Below are positions 1-10,508 of a stretch of 64,000 bases of DNA, one piece after another. This DNA comes from Spirochaetia bacterium (GTDB lineage Bacteria > Spirochaetota > UBA4802 > UBA5550). Made by a program: the position numbers and the translations under genes. The stretch lies in assembly GCA_009885955.1 (NCBI GenBank), contig VFJS01000061.1, positions 30,228 through 94,227 of the forward strand, in the 5' to 3' direction. Numbering within the stretch: the stretch's first letter is position 1; each line of letters starts with the position of its first letter. Below the pieces are notes generated by a model that was not told where the DNA came from, searched no databases, and worked only from the letters and a program-made list of their open reading frames with translations.

Positions 1-514
<514 letters not shown>

Positions 515-582
515 TTGTTATCCTCCAATAGTACTAATCATTTTTGTTAAATAAAATTACATTTTATTTTTCCAGGGAATTT

Positions 583-867
<285 letters not shown>

Positions 868-949
868 TTATAATAAATTAACCAATACATTTCAAGCATT
901 TTTTTTGACATTCTCCTTGGCTCACTTCAACCCACAAATGTATAGAAAA

Positions 950-1091
950 GGGGGATAAGGGGATATTTGAGATAGGGGGATAATAAATTGCATAATGAGA
1001 ATTATTCATTATATTTATAGTATATGGATTTGTAACTTTTTGAATAATAATATTTTCCCATCTCCTCATCCCCTCCTATCTCCCTATCTCC
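950..1091. repeat. Inverted pair of degenerate GGGGATA / TATCTCCC tandem repeats around an AT-rich spacer
   Basis: 950-982 gggggataaggggatatttgagatagggggata versus 1056-1091 tcccatctcctcatcccctcctatctccctatctcc. Confidence 0.5.
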
Positions 1092-1148
1092 ATTTTCTTT
1101 AACATGGCAAATGCGGGTAGTAGTTAACCGCTTTGGAGAGGATCCGGG

Positions 1149-1197
1149 CGGTGCAATGAGCACTTCGGCATAGCTCAGTGTGACACTTGTCGAAGCG
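1149..1197. repeat. REP-like hairpin (CTTCGACAAG / CTGAGC...CGAAG type) just 3' of the ligase gene
   Basis: cttcggca (1163-1170) pairs with tgtcgaag (1188-1195) with one mismatch. Family resemblance is from recollection. Confidence 0.4.
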
Positions 1198-1204
1198 GGC
1201 GAAG

Positions 1205-2626
1205 TCATAACTCGCTGACAAAGGGGATAACCTTCCCGCCGCGGCTGTCCATCCCCAGGCCTTCATCAAACATGACCGTGAGCGGCAGGCCGCCCAGCAC
1301 ATTCTCCAGCGCAGATATCACCAGTTTTTCATCGGGCTTTGAATCCATGGATACCGGCCTTAGTATCAGCTCGCATGACAGGTCTCTCCTCTGGATGAAC
1401 CTGTGCTGAACATAGGAGAACCTCTTCAGCGACTGTGAGATGTCCACGGGGTTGATAAGGCTGCCGTCACCCTTTCGGAGGAGCACGGGTATCCTCCCCT
1501 CCAGGCCCCTGATCCTGGGCATGGGATCTCCGCAGCTGCAGGGCGAAATGTCAATGTATCCGAAATCTCCCATCCTGTACCTGAGCAGAGGAAGGAAGGG
1601 GTTCCTCCCCCCGGTAATTACAATCTCCCCCCTTTCTCCATGGGGAAGGGGATTGCCGTCCGGGCCTGCAATCTCAATATATATGTCGTGGGGAAGTATA
1701 TGAAACCCGTCGTCTTCCGGGCAGGTATAGGCTATGGGCCCGGTCTCGTTGGACGAGTACCAGTCAATGACCGGGCACCGGTAAAATTCCCGGAGCTCCT
1801 TTTTCAGTCCCGCGGCCATGGCAACGGCCGTGGATATGATGGCCTTCGGCCTGTATGATATTCCCTGCTTCAGCATTTCGGCAAAGGATATGGGGTCGCC
1901 GTTCAGGAAAAAGGGGTTCATGGCATGAGAGTATTCATCCGCGGCGCCGGCATGGGGCCATTCGGAGGATTTCAGGTTTATCTTGATAAAACCGGCCCCG
2001 CCCCATGAGGTCACAACAGTGGCGCATGTCACGGTATGGTTCTGCGCTCCAACGAGTATGGTGGCAACCATGCTATCGTTCCATTCCGGAGAGAGGCCGT
2101 GGCGTCGGAGCACGAAATCAACCATGGGCTCATAGCTGCACGCGCCAACGGGGTGCTGGACAACCTTGATGGCATGCCCCGTGGTCCCGGCAGTATTAAA
2201 AATTACGATCCGTTTAATATCAGCGCCATCAGGGATAAACATCCCGGGCCTTCGCGCAAGGTCCTCCCTGGACATGAAGGGTACCTCTGTCCATCCCTTT
2301 TCCAGGTCATATTCCGCACCGGGTCGTGTCCTGAATGCCGGAACTTCAGGAAGCAGCAATTTCATCTTTTCCATAATGGCCGGTGAAGGGATGCCGGCGG
2401 CCCACTGCCCGGGTGACCTTTTTTTCCAGAGGCTGTCCCCGAAAGAATTCACTACACTGAGATCTTCAATTGTGAGCCTGTCGCCGTAATGGGAATTCCA
2501 GATGGGGGCCGAGGGGTGGTCCTTCATTTTGCTGATTAAAGCGGCCCACGAGGGCTTTATGAGCGGGGTGTGCTCTGCAAGCCTGTATTTGTTTCCTTTA
2601 ATATCTATATTTTCCATATGTGTCAT
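1205..2626 (-). CDS. Phenylacetate-CoA ligase / CapK-like adenylate-forming enzyme
   Basis: ANL motifs FNTAGTTG (P-loop), YSSNETGPIAY, PLLRYRMGD, CSCG...GLEGR. Confidence 0.8.
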   Translation of the reverse strand: MTHMENIDIKGNKYRLAEHTPLIKPSWAALISKMKDHPSAPIWNSHYGDRLTIEDLSVVNSFGDSLWKKRSPGQWAAGIPSPAIMEKMKLLLPEVPAFRTRPGAEYDLEKGWTEVPFMSREDLARRPGMFIPDGADIKRIVIFNTAGTTGHAIKVVQHPVGACSYEPMVDFVLRRHGLSPEWNDSMVATILVGAQNHTVTCATVVTSWGGAGFIKINLKSSEWPHAGAADEYSHAMNPFFLNGDPISFAEMLKQGISYRPKAIISTAVAMAAGLKKELREFYRCPVIDWYSSNETGPIAYTCPEDDGFHILPHDIYIEIAGPDGNPLPHGERGEIVITGGRNPFLPLLRYRMGDFGYIDISPCSCGDPMPRIRGLEGRIPVLLRKGDGSLINPVDISQSLKRFSYVQHRFIQRRDLSCELILRPVSMDSKPDEKLVISALENVLGGLPLTVMFDEGLGMDSRGGKVIPFVSEL

Positions 2627-2628
2627 TG

Positions 2629-3288
2629 CTAATCCCTGGTGACCTTACTCGATTCATTCTCCCTGTCGATCTCCTCCTGTATCTTCCTCTGGCGCTCGGC
2701 CTCCTCGAGCCTCCGCTTCTTCTCCTCGGTCCGCTTTTTCTCCAGCATAATCTGGTGCTCTCTCGATTTTTCAACTATCCGCTTCTGCTCTGCGCTGTCA
2801 ATAATGTTGAACCTGTCCCTGGCCTGGCTCTCGTCCTCCCCATCAGGCCTGTAACCGAGAAATGCCAGGACGTAACGCACGAGTTCCTCCCTCCTGTCCG
2901 GTTCGGAAACAAAAAGCCCTGCCCGTACAAGAGATGCATGCTCCCTGAGCCCGGAGATGAGGAGTTCCATCATTTTTTCCCTGAATCCAGGGATGGCCTT
3001 TGCGTTGTCCCTGAACCATGCATGGAACAGAAGCCATGCCGCAACCTGGACAACGAGGAGGAAATTCCTGTTCCCGGGATTATTATTGAGCTCAAATATC
3101 CCTTCACCTTTTTTGCTTAAACCAATGCCCCCGGTGATCCTGGATAGATCGGAAACCACCGCCGAGGTACTGATAGTCCCTTCATGCATGTTTTCAGCAT
3201 TCAGGAGCATGGGCTCCATGAGAAAATATTCCGGGCATTCGGCCAGGTGTGAGGTTAACAGTTCAAGTACCGGGCCTTCCTTATTCAT
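2629..3288 (-). CDS. Hypothetical protein with C-terminal coiled coil (MoxR operon)
   Basis: 219-aa ORF translationally coupled to its neighbours; EPDRREEL motif; charged helical tail. Confidence 0.75.
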   Translation of the reverse strand: MNKEGPVLELLTSHLAECPEYFLMEPMLLNAENMHEGTISTSAVVSDLSRITGGIGLSKKGEGIFELNNNPGNRNFLLVVQVAAWLLFHAWFRDNAKAIPGFREKMMELLISGLREHASLVRAGLFVSEPDRREELVRYVLAFLGYRPDGEDESQARDRFNIIDSAEQKRIVEKSREHQIMLEKKRTEEKKRRLEEAERQRKIQEEIDRENESSKVTRD

Positions 3289-5062
3289 AATTTCTCCTGC
3301 TGAACTCCGAAGCGAATATAATGATATCCTCCCATGTACTTATGGTATACACATTCCATCCTTCATCATTCATCCTCTTCATATTTTTAGAATCCGTTGA
3401 ATAGGGTGAATGGAGCACATAGGTCCCGCCGCCTGCGGCATTGGCAAGGGAGATCCTTGCCACGTCCCAGCCGTCGTTGGTCTTATAGGTGTCGCTCCGG
3501 ATATCATCGGACTTCTCCTCGAGCATTGAAAAGATATCGGAATCGGTGATAACGATTATATGTACGGGGTTGTCGCCTTTCCTTCTTTTGAAAAATGTCT
3601 TTGCCAGGCGGCGGATACCGAAGGCATAGCCGGTGCCCAGGTAGCCGGTGAGCACCTTTAAAATTTCATACTCGCTCCTTTCAAAACCCTCAGTGGACAT
3701 GGAGCTCCCGGGCTCGCCTGAAAGCACAACCATGACCCTTGCCCCTGCCCTGAGGGCCGAGAGGGCCATGATGACACCTGCAAGCACCGGGTAGGACAGG
3801 GTGTACTGGGGATTGGGCATGGACCCGGAACAATCGATGCCGATGTAGAGATCGAGGGGAACCCTGGACGGCGTTGAGCCGGGGCTATCGCCGTAGACCC
3901 TCTGAACCGTGGTTATGCCCGGCACGGGCCTGGGGCTCACCATGATGGAATCAAACCAGCTCACATCCTCCATGGGCATGCCGATGTCCCATGTCTCCAG
4001 GCCTTCGGGCAGGGGGTCGCTCTTTTCGCCGATCTTCTTCTCGGGAAACCGTACAAGATACGGCAGGGCCCTCTCCTTGTAATAGCGCAGGGCAATGTCA
4101 TGGTCGGTGAGGTCTTTCCTCATGGCCCTTAACAGCGTCCCGTATTCCGAAACTCCCCTGAAGTTCTTCCGGCTTTTTATACCCCCCTTCTCAGCCTTGC
4201 CACCTCTCCTGCTGCCGGCTTTTTCATCTTCACCCTTCTCTCCCGGATCCATGTCATCCATTCCGGCAAGATTTCTGTCCATGGAGGGATGGACCGGCGC
4301 CTCCATTTCTCCGTCGTCCATCCCGGTGAGCCCCGAGGGTTCACCCCCCTCCCCTGCATTTCCTGTGTCCAACCACCCCTTCGTCTGAACCGGTGATCCG
4401 GCACCCTGGCCGTCGGGTAGATAGATGTAGCAGAGAGCGGCAAAGGAGCCGGCTCCGTCGATCCAGTCCCTGGCATAAAACCTCACGAGCCTGGCCCCGA
4501 GCCTGGCATCTGCCTCCATCACCTGATCCACATCTGAATCCGTAAGCGTCCCTGAATGAAGGGACCAGAGTATTTCATATATGCGCATGTAAAAATTCCA
4601 GAGAGGCCCCCCGTCCTTATCTTTTAACGCCTGGTAGACGCCGGCTATGTTAACGCAGAACCTCCTCTGCAGCCTGTCGTTGATGAGCAGGTCGGAGTAT
4701 AGATTGGAGACAAGGGATGCATGATCCTCCTTTTCAGGGAGGCCCTGCCGTATCCTGGCAATCATGAATCCCAGGTCGGTGAGGTCCGACGGGCAGTATA
4801 TGTGGTGGCCGATTTCGTGTGCCATGATCTCAACGGCAAAATTTTCAAGGTGCCGTTTAACCACATCGCTGAGGCTGATGACAACGGAATGATCAATAAG
4901 GCGAATCATTGCAAAGTTGCCGCCCATTCCCTCTTTTTCACTTTCCCTGCTGTCTATGCACCACCGGGGCTCCGAGAGCCTGGCAAAACCGCTCCAGACC
5001 CCCAGGGCATCGGGCCATAACCGGAGCCATGCCTCCCTGAGTTCACGCAAATTACCGGGCAT
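3281..5062 (-). CDS. vWA-domain protein with N-terminal HExxH metallopeptidase-like region
   Basis: AHEIGHH at the N-terminus; MIDAS IDCSGSM and VITDSD in the C-terminal part; acidic/Gly-rich linker between them. Confidence 0.8.
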   Translation of the reverse strand: MPGNLRELREAWLRLWPDALGVWSGFARLSEPRWCIDSRESEKEGMGGNFAMIRLIDHSVVISLSDVVKRHLENFAVEIMAHEIGHHIYCPSDLTDLGFMIARIRQGLPEKEDHASLVSNLYSDLLINDRLQRRFCVNIAGVYQALKDKDGGPLWNFYMRIYEILWSLHSGTLTDSDVDQVMEADARLGARLVRFYARDWIDGAGSFAALCYIYLPDGQGAGSPVQTKGWLDTGNAGEGGEPSGLTGMDDGEMEAPVHPSMDRNLAGMDDMDPGEKGEDEKAGSRRGGKAEKGGIKSRKNFRGVSEYGTLLRAMRKDLTDHDIALRYYKERALPYLVRFPEKKIGEKSDPLPEGLETWDIGMPMEDVSWFDSIMVSPRPVPGITTVQRVYGDSPGSTPSRVPLDLYIGIDCSGSMPNPQYTLSYPVLAGVIMALSALRAGARVMVVLSGEPGSSMSTEGFERSEYEILKVLTGYLGTGYAFGIRRLAKTFFKRRKGDNPVHIIVITDSDIFSMLEEKSDDIRSDTYKTNDGWDVARISLANAAGGGTYVLHSPYSTDSKNMKRMNDEGWNVYTISTWEDIIIFASEFSRRNYE

Positions 5063-6086
5063 GGCTGCGTACCGCGATGAGGAAAAGGTGGTGGGATTCC
5101 GGAATAGTCACCGCCATGGTAAAGGTGCTGCAGGCAAAGCTCGATGCACCGGCAAGTTCATGGAAATCCCCCTTAAGGCCGCCAAACTCCGCGGCCCCGG
5201 CGGAATTGATTGTACCTCTGCATACCGGTCCGCCGCCCGCGAGAAGGGACGGGTCAACCTTCGTCAGGGTGGTCCCGTAAATATCTGCGGATATAATGAA
5301 TGACAATTTCCCGTCATAGGCAACAATCCTCCCCTCAACCGTTTCAACAAGGGGCGGTGAAATGAAAGGGCCGCCAAAGCCGCGGAATCCGCCGGCCGAT
5401 GAAACCATTTCCAGGTGTCTTGCGGCCCCACCGGCCGGCAGGGGATGGTCCTGGGGATGGAACCAGGGGTCACCCTCCAGGGAATTCAGAACTGAAGCAA
5501 GCTCATTGCCGGCAACAATTTCCGGAATGCCGAGGATTATCCTCTGAACAGGGGGCTGAAATTTTTTTATAAGGTCAAGGGCACTGTCCCGGTAATGGGC
5601 CAGGCCGCACCTCCAGGCAAGGGCCTTGCCGTAATCAAGCAGCTCTTCTTTATTCCCTGCATGGCCCGCCAGGGAGACAAGGGTTTTCTCCCAGGCCGCT
5701 GCGGAATTGTAGGATGTCAATGAAAGGTTATAGATGGCATTGGCCGCGATTCTCGGAAAGGAGACCGGGTCCACAATAAAATAGCGGATATAGGAGAGCA
5801 TGATATTTCTCCACAGACCCCTCAGGCCGGCTGCGGCGCTGAACATCCTACTCCCCAGGGCCTCGATCCCGAAATCGTAGAGGGCTTCGCATATTTCTCG
5901 CGGCGTCCTGCCCCCATGCATTGACGCGGCATCGGCAACGGGCTGTGCGTCTTCTGCAAGGAAGAAGGAAAACTCCGCTGCATGAAGGCCCGGGTAGACC
6001 CTGCGCATGGCATGGAACCTGCTGTTGTATTCACCCTGCCGCGCGCTCAACTCCAGTGCCAGGACGCCTTTTATCAATCCTTCCAT
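5052..6086 (-). CDS. Hypothetical protein (MoxR operon)
   Basis: 344-aa ORF overlapping both neighbours; helical N-terminus with AWRCGLAHYR; Gly-rich GGFRGFGGPF followed by beta-rich C-terminus. Confidence 0.7.
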   Translation of the reverse strand: MEGLIKGVLALELSARQGEYNSRFHAMRRVYPGLHAAEFSFFLAEDAQPVADAASMHGGRTPREICEALYDFGIEALGSRMFSAAAGLRGLWRNIMLSYIRYFIVDPVSFPRIAANAIYNLSLTSYNSAAAWEKTLVSLAGHAGNKEELLDYGKALAWRCGLAHYRDSALDLIKKFQPPVQRIILGIPEIVAGNELASVLNSLEGDPWFHPQDHPLPAGGAARHLEMVSSAGGFRGFGGPFISPPLVETVEGRIVAYDGKLSFIISADIYGTTLTKVDPSLLAGGGPVCRGTINSAGAAEFGGLKGDFHELAGASSFACSTFTMAVTIPESHHLFLIAVRSHAR

Positions 6087-7648
6087 TTCAGCCAGCGCAG
6101 ATAGTTTGTATACCGCTGATGCAGATACTTCAGTTTAATGACATTGTCATAGATATGGCCGTAGATCTTCCTCTCCTCACTTATCTTTTTCAAAATCTTT
6201 TCGATCTTTGCAAGCTCCTTCCTCACGTCTTCTTCGCCCACGCCGTCAAGCCCCCTGTCAAACGTTTCTTCAAGGTCTCTCAGGGGATCATTTTTATCAA
6301 GGTCCAGCTTGTCATACTCCGCGCAGGACATGTCGAAGAGCTGCCGTATCCAGCCTATCCTGTCGCTCCGGTACACGTTGTTCCTGTCCTGGGAAAAAAA
6401 AGGGGAATCCTGGTTGGGGACAAGCTTGTCGTGAAGGACAAAGGGGATCACCTGCCTGGTGTCCTCCAGGGATACCGTGGAATCGCCCCTGAAATAAGCA
6501 ATGGCCTTTACAAAGGTCAGGATGGTCATGAGGGCCCTCACTGAAAGGCCGTTGTTTGTCTGGCTGCCGAGGTCCTTTATTTTGTCCTTCCCCGTATCCA
6601 TGGAGGAGAGGATATGAAAATCCAGGCCCGAAAGCTTCACCGTGTCCTTGGTCTTATACTCGAGCTGGTGCGCGGCATATTCAAAAAATTCGAACTGGCT
6701 CGCAAAAAACTCAATTCTACGGAGGAGCTCAGCGGGTACCGATACGGACAGGAGCTCCCTGTTCATCCTGCTGATCTCCTCATCATTGAATATAATCTGC
6801 TTCGGAACGATCTCCTCGGGCTTAATGTTGTCCTCGATCCGGGACAATAACTCGCCCAGGAACCTGGTGTTGAAATGGAGCGCCTTCACGACGATATCGA
6901 TCCTGTCCCTGAGGGCCTCAATGACCTGGTAGGTGCCTCCGCCTGCTTCATCATTGGCAGTGAGGTACCAGGCCGCTTCAGGGCACTCATAGATCTGGTC
7001 AAGGATCTCGGCATAGTTGTCTGCCATGACCGTGAGGAGGCAGGACTGGGTCCTTGTCGGTATCCTGTTATACTCATCAATGATCTTCACCCTCATCCCC
7101 AGCCATTTCCTCCAGGCAATGCGGATATCCGACATGTTCTGTGCGTTTACCAGGTCAGCAGGGAGCGGGTTTCCCAGGAGATCGGTAATGGTCATCTGTG
7201 GCTGGCCGTGCTGGATAGCACGCTTGAGCTCCTTTATGGGATACCCGGCAAGGATCCCCATGAGTATAGCACTGGCGGTCTTCCCCCTGCCCGGGCCGCC
7301 GACAAGAAGGCACCTTTTTCTCGTTGCCAGGTTAAGGAGGGGAAAAAGAATAAAGCTCGAGTAGCTCTGCCCTGAAGGGAGGAGCATCCTGCTCTTCATA
7401 TCCCCCAGTGGAAAGGAGAGGGACGGCCCATCCTGGTACTCAATGTCGTAATAGGGGCTGATAATGGCATTGTTCACCATCCAGAAATAGGCCTGCCTCA
7501 GCTTTTCATCAAGGCCGGAACTCTCCTCTGACACCCCGGCTTCACCTGCCAGGGGGCCCTGGTAGAGATCTGCCACATCGAACTTTTTGATCTTTTTTGC
7601 CTTAATGGGGTTAGTGGGGGATTGGGAAATTTTTTCTGTCTTGTTCAT
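6074..7648 (-). CDS. MoxR-like AAA+ ATPase
   Basis: Walker A GGPGRGKT, Walker B IIDEYNR, TAN sensor, EALRDR arginine finger. Confidence 0.85.
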   Translation of the reverse strand: MNKTEKISQSPTNPIKAKKIKKFDVADLYQGPLAGEAGVSEESSGLDEKLRQAYFWMVNNAIISPYYDIEYQDGPSLSFPLGDMKSRMLLPSGQSYSSFILFPLLNLATRKRCLLVGGPGRGKTASAILMGILAGYPIKELKRAIQHGQPQMTITDLLGNPLPADLVNAQNMSDIRIAWRKWLGMRVKIIDEYNRIPTRTQSCLLTVMADNYAEILDQIYECPEAAWYLTANDEAGGGTYQVIEALRDRIDIVVKALHFNTRFLGELLSRIEDNIKPEEIVPKQIIFNDEEISRMNRELLSVSVPAELLRRIEFFASQFEFFEYAAHQLEYKTKDTVKLSGLDFHILSSMDTGKDKIKDLGSQTNNGLSVRALMTILTFVKAIAYFRGDSTVSLEDTRQVIPFVLHDKLVPNQDSPFFSQDRNNVYRSDRIGWIRQLFDMSCAEYDKLDLDKNDPLRDLEETFDRGLDGVGEEDVRKELAKIEKILKKISEERKIYGHIYDNVIKLKYLHQRYTNYLRWLKWKD

Positions 7649-7976
7649 ATATTATTCCCTTACATTAATCTGTTTTATTCTGCAAGTACAATTAATAATA
7701 ATTAAAATTGTTCATCGAATAATCCGCGCTGACCATGTTTTTTCATGATATCCCATCCAAGTATTTTTTGCTTGAATGTTTATATCATTTCATGTTTAAA
7801 TGTCAATTTATATTGAGATTTGGGAAGCCCCCATAAATGATATAAAATATTTTATAATGAAAATTAAAATAGGAATAATTTTATCCTAAGAGAGAACCAT
7901 GAAAAATAATATTTTATGGTTTACTTGAATTAAATATAATCCTGTTTTCTACATTTTGTATAATTAGCGAACATTA

Positions 7977-8001
7977 CTCCGTGTCTCAGTGCCTCTGCGG
8001 C
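7977..8001. repeat. Solo copy of the CTCTGTGTCTC-type repeat also present at 14289-14431
   Basis: ctccgtgtctcagtgcctctgcggc differs at 3-4 of 25 positions from the arms at 14407-14431 and 14289-14313 (reverse complement). Confidence 0.7.
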
Positions 8002-8258
8002 AAAATTTTTTTATTATATTAAACCCCGCAATAAGTACCCTATTGTGACAATGAATTTTCAGGATATCCTGAATTGCAGCTGCATGAAAACATCATGTTT
8101 GCTCTCGAACATCTCCTTATCCCCTTTTCTTACATTCTTTAAGAATATAAAATTCATTTTTTTAGTTATATGTATAATAAAAAAGTTGAAAAAAAATAAA
8201 CCTTTTCCAATATTGTCAAACTGATTACTAAAAGGAATTTTAACAAGAGGAAAATAAT

Positions 8259-8447
8259 ATGGCAAAATGTGAAGTATGCGGAAAATCTGTCCAATTCGGA
8301 CATAATGTAAGCCATTCCAATAGAAAAACAAAAAAAATGTGGCATCCCAACATTAAAAAACTGAGAGTCGTTGAAAACAAAAGAGTCCTGAGAAAGAATG
8401 TCTGCACAAACTGCATCAAATCTGGTAAAATCACCAAGGCAGGATAA
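8259..8447 (+). CDS. rpmB: 50S ribosomal protein L28
   Basis: MAKCEVCGK...GHNVSHSNRKTKKMWHPN...VCTNCIKSGK. Confidence 0.97.
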   Translation: MAKCEVCGKSVQFGHNVSHSNRKTKKMWHPNIKKLRVVENKRVLRKNVCTNCIKSGKITKAG

Positions 8448-8457
8448 ACAGCCTTCT

Positions 8458-9993
8458 TCAATAATCCGAATTTTTCCAACCCTTTAAATAATAACTATAA
8501 AGGACAGGACGGTTAAAGGAATTAATCCCGGTCTCTGATATTGATGTGTCCATGGGAAAATAAAGGGAATTGATAAAAGCCTCCCAGGAAAAATAGGAAA
8601 ATCCTTCCATCTCCCTTTTATCAGGCTTAAAACTCACTGGATTGATATTCTCATTGGAAGCAATGTTGAACCCCCAGTCGCCGAAGGATGGTATAAACAC
8701 ATGGTAGGGAACAACATTCCTGAAGACCCTCCCAAGGGTACGGTTGATGCACCAGAAGGCATCCCTGGCAAACAACGGCGATGTGGACTGCGTAACAAAG
8801 ATGCCTCCCGGCTTCAGGGAACGGCGCACCAGTGAGAAAAATTCCACGGAGTAAAGTTTGGAAATCGTTTCGTCGTGGGGGTCGGGAAAATCGGCAATAA
8901 TGATGTCGTATGTTTCGCTGCTCTTCATCAGATACGAATAGGCCTCACCCACAATCACCCTGACCCTGCTGTTTTCCAGGGATTTTTTGTTGAGCATGGA
9001 CATTGAGGAATTATACCTGGCAAGGTCGATCATGGCCCTGTCGAGCTCTACCAGGGTTACCGACTTTACATCGCCCTTCCTGAGAATCTCCCTCACTGCA
9101 AGCCCGTCGCCTCCGCCCAGGACAATAACATCCTTTGATTGGCTCCCGTTCATGAACAGCGCAGGGAATACAAGCATTTCATGATACCGGTATTCGTCCG
9201 ATGCAGAAAACTGAAGCGATCCGTCGAGGTAGAGCCTGAAGTCCCTGCCGCTTCTTGTGAGGACGATCTCCTGAAAATCAGACCTCTTGGAGTAAATGAT
9301 ATCATCATAATAGAGCCTCCTCTGCATCACCTGGGTCAGGGCATCGGATTTATAGGCGAGTATTGAAAGCAATACGATAAGCAGGGCAGGCACAAGAAGA
9401 TGCAACTTTCTTTTCCCCGGATATTCAATTTTTACCATGACCAGGAGAGCCACCCCCATGTTTATCAGGCCGATGATGAAGCTCGAAAGGAGCCTGCCTG
9501 CCACAGGGAACAGGAGGAGCGGAAAGAGCAGCGAGCCTGCAAGCCCGCCCATGTAGTCCAGAGTGAGAACATTTGATATAATGTCTTTGAACGCTCCGTG
9601 CTTCTTCAAAATGCGCGTCAGGAGGGGTATCTCCAGCCCCACCATGGTTCCGATTAACACGAGAAAAAACAGGTGGAGCAGGTAGTATGACGGTGAAAAG
9701 GAGAAAACCATGGAAAGGACCAGGACCGAAAGGCCTCCCGTAAAACCCAGGGCGGTTTCAATGATGATAAAGTCCCGGAGGATATTATTCACGAGAAATC
9801 TGGAAAGGAAGGAACCGATCCCCATGGAGCTGAGAAAAACCCCGATTGTTATTGAATACTGCTGCACCGGGTTTCCCAGGAGATAGGTAGCCAGGGAACC
9901 GAGGACGAGTTCATATATAATTCCGCAGAGTGAAAGTACAAAGACAGAAAAGAGAAGTAATTTTTCCTCGGAAAAGTTTAATGTCCTCTTCAC
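8458..9993 (-). CDS. speE: Polyamine aminopropyltransferase (spermidine synthase) with N-terminal multi-TM domain
   Basis: About 7 TM helices, then DGSLQF...DEYRYHE, VLGGGDG, VELD and ADFPDP. Confidence 0.9.
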   Translation of the reverse strand: MKRTLNFSEEKLLLFSVFVLSLCGIIYELVLGSLATYLLGNPVQQYSITIGVFLSSMGIGSFLSRFLVNNILRDFIIIETALGFTGGLSVLVLSMVFSFSPSYYLLHLFFLVLIGTMVGLEIPLLTRILKKHGAFKDIISNVLTLDYMGGLAGSLLFPLLLFPVAGRLLSSFIIGLINMGVALLVMVKIEYPGKRKLHLLVPALLIVLLSILAYKSDALTQVMQRRLYYDDIIYSKRSDFQEIVLTRSGRDFRLYLDGSLQFSASDEYRYHEMLVFPALFMNGSQSKDVIVLGGGDGLAVREILRKGDVKSVTLVELDRAMIDLARYNSSMSMLNKKSLENSRVRVIVGEAYSYLMKSSETYDIIIADFPDPHDETISKLYSVEFFSLVRRSLKPGGIFVTQSTSPLFARDAFWCINRTLGRVFRNVVPYHVFIPSFGDWGFNIASNENINPVSFKPDKREMEGFSYFSWEAFINSLYFPMDTSISETGINSFNRPVLYSYYLKGWKNSDY

Positions 9994-10268
9994 TGCTTGT
10001 TGATTTTCATTTCGGCCGGGGGGTTCTCAATTTTCCTTGATGCCGTGCTTGGCGACATGATGACCGACGCGATGATTATTGAAATGCCGATGATAACAGC
10101 CCCGATAATAATCCCCAGCGATATGTTCTGGTCGTCTTCTATCTCTTTTTTCACCGAGAAGGGCGCAAAAAAATTGATGATTAAAAAGCCCACTCCCATC
10201 AATATAATCCCCACCAGGGAATAGATTGCCGTATCGATGATGCCGGTTAAAATGTTATTCCAGTCCAT
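9990..10268 (-). CDS. DUF350 small membrane protein
   Basis: Two TM helices around KEIEDDQNISLGI; start placed at MDWNN. Confidence 0.8.
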   Translation of the reverse strand: MDWNNILTGIIDTAIYSLVGIILMGVGFLIINFFAPFSVKKEIEDDQNISLGIIIGAVIIGISIIIASVIMSPSTASRKIENPPAEMKINKQ

Positions 10269-10302
10269 GGTTAAAATCCTCCACATTTAAAATTTTCATT
10301 TA

Positions 10303-10488
10303 TCATTTGCCTCCTCTGAAACCCCTGGGACCCCCTGCGATGAAACCGCTCCCATGACGGATGGACTTCCTCATCTCCCGGTGCTTCGAGATGTAATCAT
10401 TCCCGGCCCTGGGATATCCTACAAGAAAATGGGACATGGCAAAGCCTCCTCCCAGCAATATCAGGGCAATTGCAATATATTTAGCCAT
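10303..10488 (-). CDS. Small membrane protein with Gly/Arg-rich tail
   Basis: Single TM, ends RGFRGGK, as typical for the small gene in DUF4178-DUF350-SpeE clusters; RBS present. Confidence 0.7.
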   Translation of the reverse strand: MAKYIAIALILLGGGFAMSHFLVGYPRAGNDYISKHREMRKSIRHGSGFIAGGPRGFRGGK

Positions 10489-10508
10489 ATTCCCGCCCCC
10501 AAAATAAA

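Noticed and set aside
878-1302. Short ORFs 878-1069, 1002-1208 and 1099-1302
   Set aside because: They run through repeat/AT-rich DNA with no convincing family motif; a weak DUF4160-like stretch was not persuasive.
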